From: Mobula birostris
Taxonomy: Eukaryota
Length of the DNA stretch: 64,000 bases
Direction of reading: 5' to 3'
Assembly (NCBI RefSeq): GCF_030028105.1
Contig: NC_092381.1
Location: 65,250,505 to 65,314,504, forward strand
The translations under genes and the position numbers were made by a program. Every line of letters starts with the position of its first letter. Position 1 is the first letter of the stretch. Below the pieces are notes generated by a model. It searched no databases. It was not told where the DNA came from and saw only the letters and a program-made list of their open reading frames with translations. Shown piece by piece: positions 1 through 11,095 of this stretch.

Positions 1-938
1 CTTTTCATATGGTTTTACCAAGTGTTTCTTTATAAATGTCAGTGTGTAAGAAATTGACACAGCAGTAATTCATAAGCACTAAGTCTGCTATGTACCATGT
101 ATAAGATCATGAGTGATCCTGTGCCCCAAGTCTATTTTACTGTCTGATCACTATAATGACAATCTCCACAACTCTCTGAAGTGGAAAATTCCAGTAATCT
201 ATAGCACAAGCTGTAAACAGGTATTCCTTTTCCAACATCCTATCCTTAGATTATGCCCCCATAATCTGTCAGCTCACCTCAAAAGTTTGTGTTTCACATT
301 TCATTCCACTGCATTGAGATGTCATGCATGATAGGCCAGGCTTCCTCAATTTTTCTTGATGAAGCATCTTCCTCGTCCCAGGAATCAAATGTTTAGATCT
401 TTGCTTTTGTAACTACATACCAAGTGTTTTTCCAGATATGGAGACCAAAATTGCACAGAGTATTCTAGGAATAGTCCTAATAAAGCCCTATGGAATTTCA
501 TTAAGCTTTTCTTACTGTTGTACTCTAACCCACTTGCATTCCTAATTGTTCTGTTTTTATTTTCATCTTCTAAAGCATTGGACTCAGATCTATTTGCATA
601 CAGTTATTTGGTGCTTATTATTGAAAAACTATTCTGGGTATCTAATATTCCATGCAAAATTCACAGCATATTTTTCCAGTTTGCCTCTGAGGTTTTTCTG
701 CAGACTCTTGTGTCCTTAAAGCATACTTTAACACCCGACTCTGAAATGTCAGGAAACCTGGATTCTGTCTTTATTTTTCAAATAACCTTTGAAAATTACC
801 TGTAGATTATCTTTGTCCTGGGCATATAATTGACCATCACAAATACGAGGAAATCTGCAGATGCTGGAAATTCAAGCAACACACATCAAAGTTGCTGGTG
901 AATGCAGCAGGCCAGGCAGCATCTTTAGGAAGAGGTAC

Positions 939-974
939 AGTCGATGTTTCGGGCCAAGACCCTTCGTCAGGACT
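939..974 (-). ncRNA. Minimal type I hammerhead ribozyme motif (PLE), stem III mutated
   Basis: Minus strand AGTC-CTGACGA-AGGGTCTTGGCCC-GAAACATC-GACT; ACGT palindrome changed to ACAT. Confidence 0.75.
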
Positions 975-1858
975 AACTGAAAGAAGAGCTAGTAAGAAAG
1001 TGGGAGGAGGAGGGGGAGATCCAAAATGATAGGAGAAGACAGGAGGGGGAGGGATGGAGCCAAGAGCTGGACAGTTGATTGGCAAAGGGGATATGAGAGG
1101 ATCATGGGACAGGAGGCCTAGGGAGAAAGAAAAGGGGGAGGGGGGGAAAAACCCAGAGGATGGGCAAGGGGTATAATGAGAGGGACAGAGGGAGAAAAAG
1201 GAGAGAGAGAAAAAGAATGTGTGTATATATAAATAACGGATGGGATACAATGGGGAGTTGGGGCATTAGCGGAAGTTTGAGAAGTCAATGTTCATGCCAC
1301 CAGGTTGGAGGCTACCCAGACGGAATATAAGGTGTTGTTCCTCCAACCTGAGTGTGGCTTCATCTTTACAGTAGAGGAGGCCAGCCTCCGGGTCCAACAT
1401 ATTATTCTCCGTAACTTCTACTTCTGCTACCTCCAACAGGATCCCACCACTAAGCACATCTTTCCCTCCCCCCCCCCACCCCGCTTTCCACAGGGATCGC
1501 TCCCTACGCAACTCCCTTGTCCATTCGCGCCCCCTCCCCCATCCCTCCCCACCGATCTCCCTCCTGGCACTTTCCCTTGTAAGCGGAACAAGTGCTACAC
1601 ATGCCCTTACACTTCCTCCCTTACCACCATTCAGGGCCCCAGACAGTCCTTCCAAGTGAGGCGACACTTCACCTGTGAGTCAGCTGGGGTGTTATACTGC
1701 GTCCGGTGCTCCCGATGTGGCCTTCTATATATTGGCGAGACCCGACGCAGACTGGGAGATCGTTTTGCTGAACGCCTACCCTCTGTCCACCAGAGAAAGC
1801 AGGATCTCCCAGTGGCCACACATTTTAATTGCACCTCCCATTCCCATTCTGATATGTC

Positions 1859-3240
1859 CTGCCTTGTCCCTGTGCCGAAGGCACCGCGCCCCAGCGGCCT
1901 CAATGACTACAGACCAGTGGCATTGACCTCCCACATCATGAAGACCCTGGAGAGACTTGTTCTGGAGTTGCTCCGGCCTATGGTCAGGCTGCACTTAGAT
2001 CCTCTCCAGTTCGCCAACCAGCCCTGACTAGGAGTTGAGGATGCCATCGTCTACCTGCTGAACCGTGTCTATGCCCACCTGGACAAGCCAGCAAGCACTG
2101 TGAGGGTCATTTTTTTTTGACTTCTCCAGTGAGTTCAACACCATCCGCCCTGCCCTGCTAGGAGAGAAGCTGACAGTGATGCAGGTGGATGCTTCCCTGG
2201 TGTCATGGATTCTTGATTACCTGACTGGCAGACCACAGTACTTGTGCTTGCAACACTGTGTGTCCGACAGAGTGATCAGCAGCACTGGGGCTCCATAGGG
2301 GACTGTCTGGTCTCCCTTTCTTTTCACCATTTACACCTCGTACTTCAACTACTGCACAGAGTCTTGTTATCTTCAGAAGTTTTCTGATGACTCTGCCATA
2401 GTTGGATGCATCAGCAAGGGAGATGAGGCTGAGTACAGGACTACGATAGGAAACTTTGTCACATGGTGTGAGCAGAATTATCTGCAGCTTAATATGAAAA
2501 AGACTAAGGAGCTGGTGGTAGACCTGAGGAGAGCTAAGGTACCGGTGACCCCTGTTTCCATCCAGGGGGTCAGGGTGGACATGGTGGAGGATTACAAATA
2601 CCTGGGGATACGAATTGACAATAAACTGGACTGGTCAAAGAACACTGAGGCTGTCTACAAGGAGGGTCAGAGCTGTCTGTATTTCCTGAGGAGACTGAGG
2701 TCCTTTAACATCTACTGGACGATGCTGAGGATGTTCTACAAGTCTGTGGTGGCCAGTGCTATCATGTTTGCTGTTGTGTGCTGGGGCAGCAGGCTGAGGG
2801 TAACAGACACCATCAACAAACTCATTCGTAAGGCCAGTGGTGTTGTGAGGATGGAACTGGACTCTCTGACGGTGGTGTCTGAAAAGAGGATGCTGTCGAA
2901 GTTGCATGCCGTCGAAGTTGCATGCCATCTTGGACAATGTCTCCCATCCACTACATAATGTACTGGGTGGGCACAGGGGTACATTCAGCCAGAAACTCAT
3001 TCCATCGAGATGCAACACAGAGCGTCATAGGAAGTTATTCCTGCCTGTGGCCATCAAACTTTACAACTCCTCCCTTGGAGGGTCAGACACCCTGAGCCAA
3101 TAGGCTGGTCCTGGACTTATTTCCTGCTATAATTTACATATTACTATTTAACTATTTATGGTTTTATTACTATTTATTATTTATGGTGCAACTGTAACGA
3201 AAACCAATTTCCCCCGGGATCAATAAAGTATGACTATGAC
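1859..3240 (+). mobile_element. 5'-truncated Rex1/Babar-type LINE inserted in the PLE
   Basis: RT motifs VPVPK..LNDYRPVALTSHIMKTLERL, LDPLQFA, KFSDD, YKYLG; stops and frameshifts including a 16-bp duplication at 2895-2926; AATAAA plus (ATGACT)n tail. Confidence 0.85.
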
Positions 3241-3659
3241 TATCCACGGCCTCCTCTACTGTAAAGATGAAGCCACACTCAGGTTGGAGGAAGAACACCT
3301 TATATTCCGTCTGGGTAGCCTCCAACCTGATGGCATGAACATTGACTTCTCAAACTTCTGCTAATGCCCCACCTCCCCCTCCTACCCCATCTGTTACTTA
3401 TTTATATGCACACATTCTTTTTCTCTCTCTCCTTTTTCTCCCTCTGTCCCTCTCACTATACCCCTTGCCCATCCTCTGGGTTCCCCCCCCTCCCCCTTTT
3501 CTTTCTCCCTAGGCCTCCTGTCCCTTGATCCTCTCATATCCCTTTTGCCAATCACCTGTCCATCTCTTGGCTCCATCCCTCCCCCTCCTGTCTTCTCCTA
3601 TCATTTTGGATCTCTCCCTCCCCCTCCCACTTTCAAATCTCTTCACTCCTCGTTCAGTT

Positions 3660-3695
3660 AGTCCTGACGAAGGGTCTCGGCCCAAAACGTCAACT
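3660..3695 (+). ncRNA. Degenerate hammerhead motif (core G12 to A)
   Basis: AGTC-CTGACGA-AGGGTCTCGGCCC-AAAACGTC-AACT; probably inactive. Confidence 0.6.
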
Positions 3696-4017
3696 GCACC
3701 TCTTCCTAGAGATGCTGCCTGGCCTGCTGTGTTCACCAGCAACTTTGATGTGTGTTAATTGACCATCAAACTGGTTTTGCACAGTTTCCAGTTCCTAACT
3801 TGTAGTTTGATTTAGCCATATCATGTACTGTTATCAATGAGATACAGCATAAATGCATGCCAGTTTCAAAAGATGATGTGATTTGGAATAACACTTCGAA
3901 AATTTCTGTTTGTAAAAACTAGATTGCAGAATTTCACGCCAGCAAAATAAATATTGCATGCATTTTCCACCTCTGAATCTTAAACTCATCACAGATAAGC
4001 AAACTCTTGATTTACTT

Positions 4018-4048
4018 ACACACACACACACACGCGCGCGTGCGCGCC
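4018..4048. repeat. (CA)n/(CG)n alternating purine-pyrimidine microsatellite
   Basis: acacacacacacacacgcgcgcgtgcgcgc read directly. Confidence 0.85.
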
Positions 4049-7000
4049 CACCCGCCCACCAATCTGAGTTCATAATTTTCATATTAATTTATTGGTTAGG
4101 CATTGTTTGTTATATTGCTTGTTATTTCATATTTTTTTGGTTAATCATTTTGGTACAGTGTTTTGGTGGTTGGTGCCTTTGGGCAGAGTGCCCACAAGAA
4201 AAGTCTATTAAATATCCAAATGCATCCTTTGACATGATTTATAGTGTTTGTCCTGTGTTCTGTCATGGCATTCACAAACGCCTGAACTACTGTTTATACA
4301 GGTACCTGAAAGAAGTGGAAGGCCATAAACAGAAAGATTGGACTAACATTTCAGTAATTCTGCATTTAAAATTATCACTGCACCATCTGGTAGTTTTTAC
4401 CATAAAAGTTAACAGATTCCTCTGCAGAAAGTTAACTGAAATATGAAAGTTTGACTTCTGTTTGTGTGGTTGGGATTGAGAACCAGTAGTCCTATACTGG
4501 CCATGCAGCATTGGCAAAGTAATATGCATTTATTAAAAGCATTAACATTTATGGAAGTTTTACCAAGAATTTATTGAACATGTAGAGAATTTGGAACTCA
4601 CCTCTTTTTATTTTCTTACAGGAATCAACTTGAGCTATGATTGATCTCCATTTTCAAGGAACTTATAAGATCCAGTTCCCGAACTTTTTTTGTCTGAAAC
4701 TGTACTCTCAGCTCCATTTGAATAAACACTTAACAGCAAGATTTTGTTGCCATTTGTAGTCTGGTAGTATCACTTTTTTATTGATCAGTATGGACTGCAA
4801 TACTTGATAACTTGTATTTATTAAAAAAAGTGTAACCAACTTTATATTGTTCCTGGAGCTGCTAAAATTGGAAAATTTTAATTTCAGTGTAAACAAATCA
4901 TTTGCTTCTAACTCTTTCTGATCATAACCTTACATCTTTTTGAGGTTGCAAGATTCTAGACTGTTTTTAACAAGTAAGGGATCCATGGTGACTTGGCTGT
5001 TTGGATTCAAAATTGGCATGTCCATAAAAATCAGAGGGTGGTGGCAGTGGAACTTATTTTGACTGGAGGTCTGTGTCTCGTCATGTCTGCAGGGGTCTGT
5101 ACTAGGACCTCTGTTGTTCGTAGTAATGTTATATAATAGTGACTTGGAAGAAAATGTGGATGGGTGAGTTGGTAGGTTTGCAGATGGTACTAAGATCATT
5201 GGCAATATGGATAGTTTAGGAAATAGAATATAGTTGCAGATATGGGTGGTGAATTGCTGATAGAGTTTAATCCAGCCAGTATAAGGTGTTGTATTTCGAG
5301 AGAGCAGTTGTAAAGAGACAGTAAACAATTAATGGCAAGACCCTTAAGAGTGTTAATGTACAGAAGAATGTTGGGGTCCTAGTTTACAGCTCTCTGAAAG
5401 TGACTACACAGGTTGGTAGAATGGTAAAGTAGGCAGACAGCATAGAAATAGAACCATAGAAAAACTACAGCACAGAAACAGGCCTTTTGGCCCTTCTTGG
5501 CTGCCGAACCATTTTCTGCCTAGTCCCACTGACCTGCACACGGACCATATCCCTCCATACACCCCCCATCCATGTATCTGTCCAATTTATTCTTAAATGT
5601 TAAAAAAGAACTCGCATTTACCACCTCGTCTGGCAGCTCATTCCACACTCCCACCACTCTCTGTGTGAAGAAGCCCCCCCTAATGTTCCCTTTAAACTTT
5701 TCCCCCTTCACCCTTAACCCATGTCCTCTGGTTTTTTTCTCCCCTTACCTCAGTGGAAAAAGCCTGCTTGCATTCACTCTATCTATACCCATCATAATTT
5801 CATATACCTCTATCAAATCTCCCCTCATTCTTCTACGCTCCAGGGAATAAAGTCCTAACCTATTCAACCTTTCTCTGTAACTGAGTTTCTCAAGTCCTGG
5901 CAACATCCTTATAAACCTTCTCTGCACTCTTTCAACCTTATTTATATCCTTCCTGTAATTTGGTGACCAAAACTGAACACAATACTCCAGATTCGGTCTC
6001 ACCAATGCCTTATACAACCTCATCATAACATTCCAGCTCTTATACTTGAATACTTTGATTAATAAAGGCCAATGTACCAAAAGCTCTCTTTACGACCCTA
6101 TCTACCTGTGATGCGACTTTTAGGGAATTTTGTATCTGTATTCCCAGATCCCTCTGTTCCACTGCACTCCTCAGTGCCTTACCATTAACCCTGTATGTTC
6201 TACCTTGGTTTGTCCTTCCAAAGTGCAATACCTCACACTTGTTTGTATTAAACTCCATCTGCCATTTTTCCAGCTGGTCCAAATCCCTCTGCAAGCTTTG
6301 AAATCCTTCCTCACTGTCCACTACACCTCCAATCTTTGTATCATCAGCAAATTTGCTGATCCAATTTACCACATTATCATCCAGATCATTGATATAGATG
6401 ACAAATAACAATGGACCCAGCTCTGATCCCTGTGGCACACCACTAGTCACAGGCCTCCACTCTGAGAAGCAATTCTCTACTCTTTGGCTTCTTCCATTGA
6501 GCCAATATCTAATCCAATTTACTACCTCTCCATGTATACCTAGCAACTGAATTTTCCTGACTAACCTCCCATGCGGGACCTTGTCAAAGGCCTTACTGAA
6601 GTCCATGTAGACAACATCCACTGCCTTCCCTTCATCCACTTTTCTGATAACCTCCTCGAAAAACTCCAATAGATTGGTCAAACATGACCTACCACGCACA
6701 AAGCCATGTTGACTCTCCCTAATAAGTCCCTGTCTATCCAAATGCTTGTAGATTCTATCTCTTAGTACTCCCTCCAATAACTTACCCACTACCGACGTCA
6801 AACTTACTGGCCTATAATTTTCCGGATTATTTTTCGATCCTTTTTTAAACAACAGAACAACATGAGCCATTCTCCAATCCTCCAGCACCTCACCCGTAGA
6901 CACCAACATTTTAAATATATCTGCCAGGGCCCCTGCAATTTCAACACTAGTCTCCTTCAAGGTCCGAGGGAATACCCTGTCAGGTCCCAGGGATTTATCC

Positions 7001-7106
7001 ACTTTAATTTGCCTCAAGATAGTAAGCACCACCTCCTTTTCAATCTCCACACATCAAAGTTGCTGGTGAACGCAGCAGGCCAGGCAGCATCTCTAAGAAG
7101 AGGTGC

Positions 7107-7142
7107 AGTCGACGTTTCAGGCCGAGACCCTTCGTCAGGACT
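7107..7142 (-). ncRNA. Minimal type I hammerhead ribozyme motif, intact core
   Basis: Minus strand AGTC-CTGACGA-AGGGTCTCGGCCT-GAAACGTC-GACT. Confidence 0.85.
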
Positions 7143-8257
7143 AACTGAAGGAAGAATGAGTAAGGGATTTGAAAGTTGGAGGGGGAGGGGGAGATCCAAA
7201 ATGATAGGAGAAGACAGGAGGGGGAGAGATGGAGCCAAGAGCTGGACAGGTGATAGGCAAAAGGGGATACGAGAGGATCATGGGACAGGAGGTCTGGCAA
7301 GAAAGACAAGGGGGGGGGGGACCCAGAGGATGGGCAAGAGGTATATTCAGAGGGACAGAGGGAGAAAAAGGAGAGTGAGAGAAAGAATGTGTGCATAAAA
7401 ATAAGTAACAGATGGGGTACGAGGGGGAGGTGGGGCCTAGCGGAAGTTAGAGAAGTCGATGTTCATGCCATCAGGTTGGAGGCTACCCAGACAGAATATA
7501 AGGTGTTGTTCCTCCAACCTGAGTGTGGCTTCATCTTTACAGTAGAGGAGGCTGTGGATAGACATGTCAGAATGGGAATGGGATGTGGAATTAAAATGTG
7601 TGGCCACTGGGAGATCCTGCTTTCTCTGGCGGACAGAGCGTAGATGTTCAGCAAAGCGGTCTCCCAGTCTACGTCGGGTCTCGCCAATATATAAAAGGCC
7701 ACATCGGGAGCACCGGACGCAGTATATCACCCCAGTCGACTCACAGGTGAAGTGTTGCCTCACCTGGAAGGACTGTTTGGGGCCCTGAATGGTGGTAAGG
7801 GAGGAAGTGTTAAGGGCATGTGTAGCACTTGTTCCGCTTACATGGATAAGTGCCAGGAGGGAGATCAGTGGGGAGGGATGGGGGGGACGAATGGACAAGG
7901 GAGTTGTGTAGGGAGCGATCCCTGCGGAATGCAGAGAGAGGCGGGGAGGGAAAGATGTGCTTAGTGGTGGGATCCCGTTGGAGGTGGCGGAAGTTACGGA
8001 GAATAATATGTTGGACCCGGAGGCTGGTGGGGTGGTAGGTGAGGACCAGGGGAACCCTATTCCTAGTGGGGTGGCGGGAGGATGGAGTGAGAGCAGATGT
8101 GCGTGAAATGGGGGAGATGCGTTTAAGAGCAGAGTTGATAGTGGAGGAAAGGAAGCCCCTTTCTTTAAAAAATGAAGACATCTCCCTCGTCCTAGAATGA
8201 AAAGCCTCATCCTGAGAGCAGATGTGGCGGAGACGGAGGAATTGCGAGAAGGGGACG

Positions 8258-8398
8258 CTATAAGCCTACTGACTCTCATAGCCTACTATAAGCCTACTGA
8301 TTCTCACAGCTTACTATAAGCCTACTGACTCTCACAGCATACTATATGCCTACTGACTCTCACAGCTATACTATAAGCCTACTGACTCTCACAGCTAT
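8258..8398 (+). repeat. 5 x 28-29 bp tandem repeat (CTATAAGCCTACTGACTCTCACAGCNTA)
   Basis: Five near-identical units; the last reads on in frame as YKPTDSHSYLGYSSSHPVSCKNAIPFSQ (PLE RT thumb). Confidence 0.9.
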
Positions 8399-8703
8399 CT
8401 GGGCTATTCCTCTTCTCACCCTGTCTCTTGCAAAAACGCCATCCCCTTCTCGCAATGCACACATTCTTTCTCTCACTCTCCTTTTTCTCCCTCTGTCCCT
8501 CTGAATATACCTCTTGCCCATCCTCTGGGTCCTTCCCCCCCATCTTTCTTCCCGGACCTCCTGTCCCATGATCCTCTCGTATCCCCTTTTGCCAATCACC
8601 TGTCCAGCTCTTGGCTCCATCCCTCCCCCTCCTGTCTTCTATCATTTTGGATCTCCCCCTCCCCCTCCAACTTTCAAATCCCTTACTCACTCTTCCTTCA
8701 GTT

Positions 8704-8739
8704 AGTCCTGACGAAGGGTCTCGGCCCGAAACGTCGACT
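8704..8739 (+). ncRNA. Minimal type I hammerhead ribozyme motif, best copy
   Basis: Stem I AGTC/GACT; core CTGACGA (8708-8714); extra A; stem II GGGT-CTCG-GCCC; GAA; palindromic stem III ACGT; predicted cleavage after C8735 (GUC). Confidence 0.88.
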
Positions 8740-10379
8740 GCACCCCTTCCTAGAGATGCTGCCTGGCCTGCTGCATTCACCAGCAACTTCGATGTGTGTT
8801 GCTTGAATTTCCAGCATCTGCAGAATTCCTGTTGTTTTCCTTTTCAATCTCTACAGTTTCCATGATCTCACTACTTGTTTCCCTTAATTCCATAGATTTC
8901 ATGCCAGTTTCCTTAGTAAATACAGACGCAAAAAACTCATTTAAGATCTCCCCCATGTCTTTTGGTTCCACACATAGCTGACCACTCTGATCTTCAAGAG
9001 GACCAATTTTATCCCTTACAATCCTTTTAATATACCTGTAAAAGCTCTTTGGATTATCCTTCACTTTGACTGCCAAGGCAACCTCACGTCTTCTTTTAGC
9101 CCTCCTGATTTCCTTCTTAAGTATTTTCTTGCACTTTTTATACTCCTCAAGCACCTTATTTACTCCCTGTTTCCTATACATGTCCTACAACTCTCTCTTC
9201 TTTATCAGAGTTGCAATATCCCTTGAGAACCAAGGTTCCTTATTCCTATTCACTTTGCCTTTAATGCTGACAGGAACATACAAGCTCTGCACTCTCCTTT
9301 GAAGGCTTCCCAATTACCGATCACATCCTTGCCAGAGAACAACCTATCCCAATCCACACTTTTTAGATCCTTCCTCATTTCTTCAAATTTGGCCTACTTC
9401 CAGTTTAGAACCTCAACCCTAGGACCAGATCTGTCTTTATCCATGATCAAGTTGAAACTAATGGTGTTATGATCACTGGAACCAAAGTGCTCACCTACAC
9501 ACACTTCCGTCACTTGTCCTAACTCATTTCCTAATAAGAGATCTAATACTGCATCCCCTCTAGTTGGTACCTCTATATATTGATTTAGAAAACTCTCCTG
9601 AACACATTTTACAAACTCTAACCCATCTAGACCCCTAACAGTATGGGAGTCCCAATCAATATGTGGAAAATTAAAATCCCCTACCACCACAACTTTATGT
9701 TTCCTGCAGCTGCCTGCTATCTCTCTGCAGATTCTCGCTGACTATTGGGTGGTCTATAATATGATCCCACTAATGTGGCCATACCTTTCCTGTTTCTCAG
9801 CTCCACCCATAAGGACTCAGTAGACAAGCCCTCTAATCTGTCCTGCCTGAGCACTGCTGTAACATTTTCCCTGACAAGCAATGCTACCCCTCCACCTTTC
9901 ATTGCTCTGCCTCTATCACATCGGAACCCTGGAACTTTAACTTTATTAGTAAAGGCACCGAGTTCAAGAGTCAGGAAGTTAATCTGCAGCTTTATAAAAC
10001 TATTAAATTATTAAACATGCATCTAAAGGATGCTTTCATTTCTGATTGCCCCATTATAAGGATGTGGAGGCAATGAAGGGGGTTACAGAGGAAGTTTACC
10101 AAGATACCTTCTAGATTAGAAGGCAGGTACTATAAAGAGAGATGGGACAAACTTGGGCTGCTTTCTGTGGAATGGCAGAGGCTGAGGGGAGACCTGGTGG
10201 AGGTTTATAAGATTATGAGAGGCATAGATACACATCCAACTTCCATTTCCCAGGGCTGAAATGTCTAGAGGGCATATATTTAAAGTGAGACAGGGTAATA
10301 TCAAAGGAAATATACTGGACAAGTTCTTAATTTCACCGAAAGTGGTGGGCACCTGGAATATTTCCACTACATACCACAT

Positions 10380-11095
10380 ATCTCCTTCCCCTTCACCTTA
10401 AATCTTTGCCCTTCATTAATTGATATTTCCAATCTGGGAGTAAGACTCTTGACTATCTACCCAATCTATGTTTCTCATAATTTTCTGTGCTTCTGTCAGG
10501 TTTCACCTAGCTTTCAGTACTCCAGTGAGAATAATTAAGTTTATCCAAACTCTCCTTATAGCTAATGCTCTCTAGATCAGGCAACGTTCTAGCAAACCTA
10601 TTCTGAACCCTCTCCGAAGCCTCCATATCCTTCCTTTAATATGATGTCCAGAACCACACACAAGATTCCAAATGCGGCTGGGCCAGTTTTATACAGCTGC
10701 AACATGACCTCATGACTTTTATATTCATCACACCGACTGAGGAAGGTAAGCATATCATATGCCTTTACCACCCTATATATTTGTGTACCCACTTCCAAGA
10801 AGTTATGGACTTGCATTCCAATATCTCCTTTAAGTGCTTCTAAGAATCCTGCCATTTACTGCTTACTGTCCCCTTAAACTTAACCTTCAAAAATGTACCT
10901 TCTCAGGCTTCTTCGGATTAAACTCAAATCTGCTATTTTTCCGCTTCTAAGAATCCTGCCATTTACTGCTTATTGTCCCCTTAAACTTAGCCTTCGAAAG
11001 TGTACCTTCTCACGCTTGTTCGGATTAAACTCAAATCTACATTTTTCCGCTCATCTCTCCAATTGATCTGTATCCTGCTGTATACTTTGACAACC
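10380..11095 (-). mobile_element. Degenerate CR1 3' fragment with internal tandem duplication of about 107 bp (10836-11049)
   Basis: YKSHEVMLQLYK-like CR1 RT C-terminus; gcttctaagaatcctgccatttactgc occurs twice. Confidence 0.7.

Larger units (their letters stand above)
840..3755. mobile_element. Penelope-like element (Neptune-like), inverted two-arm insertion interrupted by a Rex LINE
   Basis: Minus arm 840-1382; plus arm 1381-1858 and 3241-3755 with Cys-rich linker (CKRNKCYTC) and GIY-YIG (GVLYCVRCSRCGLLYIGETRRRLGDRF). TSD TAATTGACCATCA at 827-839 and 3756-3768. Confidence 0.9.
7048..8837. mobile_element. Penelope-like element, inverted two-arm insertion
   Basis: Minus arm 7048-8256 with GIY-YIG (GVIYCVRCSRCGLLYIGETRRRLGDRFAEH); plus segment 8258-8455 from the RT thumb, then plus 3' end to 8837. 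TSD TCCTTTTCAATCTC at 7034-7047 and 8838-8851. Confidence 0.92.
5441..9934 (-). mobile_element. CR1 LINE ORF2 (endonuclease + RT), disrupted, interrupted by a PLE at 7048-8837
   Basis: EN motifs GGGVAL, YRPP, GDFN, SDH (9394-9902); RT motifs NYRPVSLTS, QHGF, DFSKAFDKV, GVPQGS, KFADD (6040-7050); (TTCTATG)-like tail near 5441. Confidence 0.92.
4975..10370 (+). mobile_element. Old CR1 3' fragment (about 4975-5440 and 9935-10370), split by a younger CR1
   Basis: Degenerate QGSVLGPLLF and FAD-like RT sequence stops at about 5440 and resumes colinearly at about 9935. Confidence 0.6.

Noticed and set aside
1305-2027. 240-aa ORF resembling a GIY-YIG/RT fusion gene
   Set aside because: Chance read-through across the PLE inversion junction and the Rex insertion at 1859; it ends at a premature stop within the Rex RT.
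3958-4446. 162-aa ORF with a hydrophobic stretch
   Set aside because: Runs through a microsatellite and AT-rich low-complexity sequence; no recognisable homology.
8258-8398. CRISPR-like array of 28-bp repeats
   Set aside because: No spacers and no cas genes; eukaryotic context; the units derive from PLE coding sequence.
3509-8786. Recurring small ORFs MLVNAAGQAASLGRG...
   Set aside because: Antisense translations of the repeated PLE 3' end and hammerhead region.
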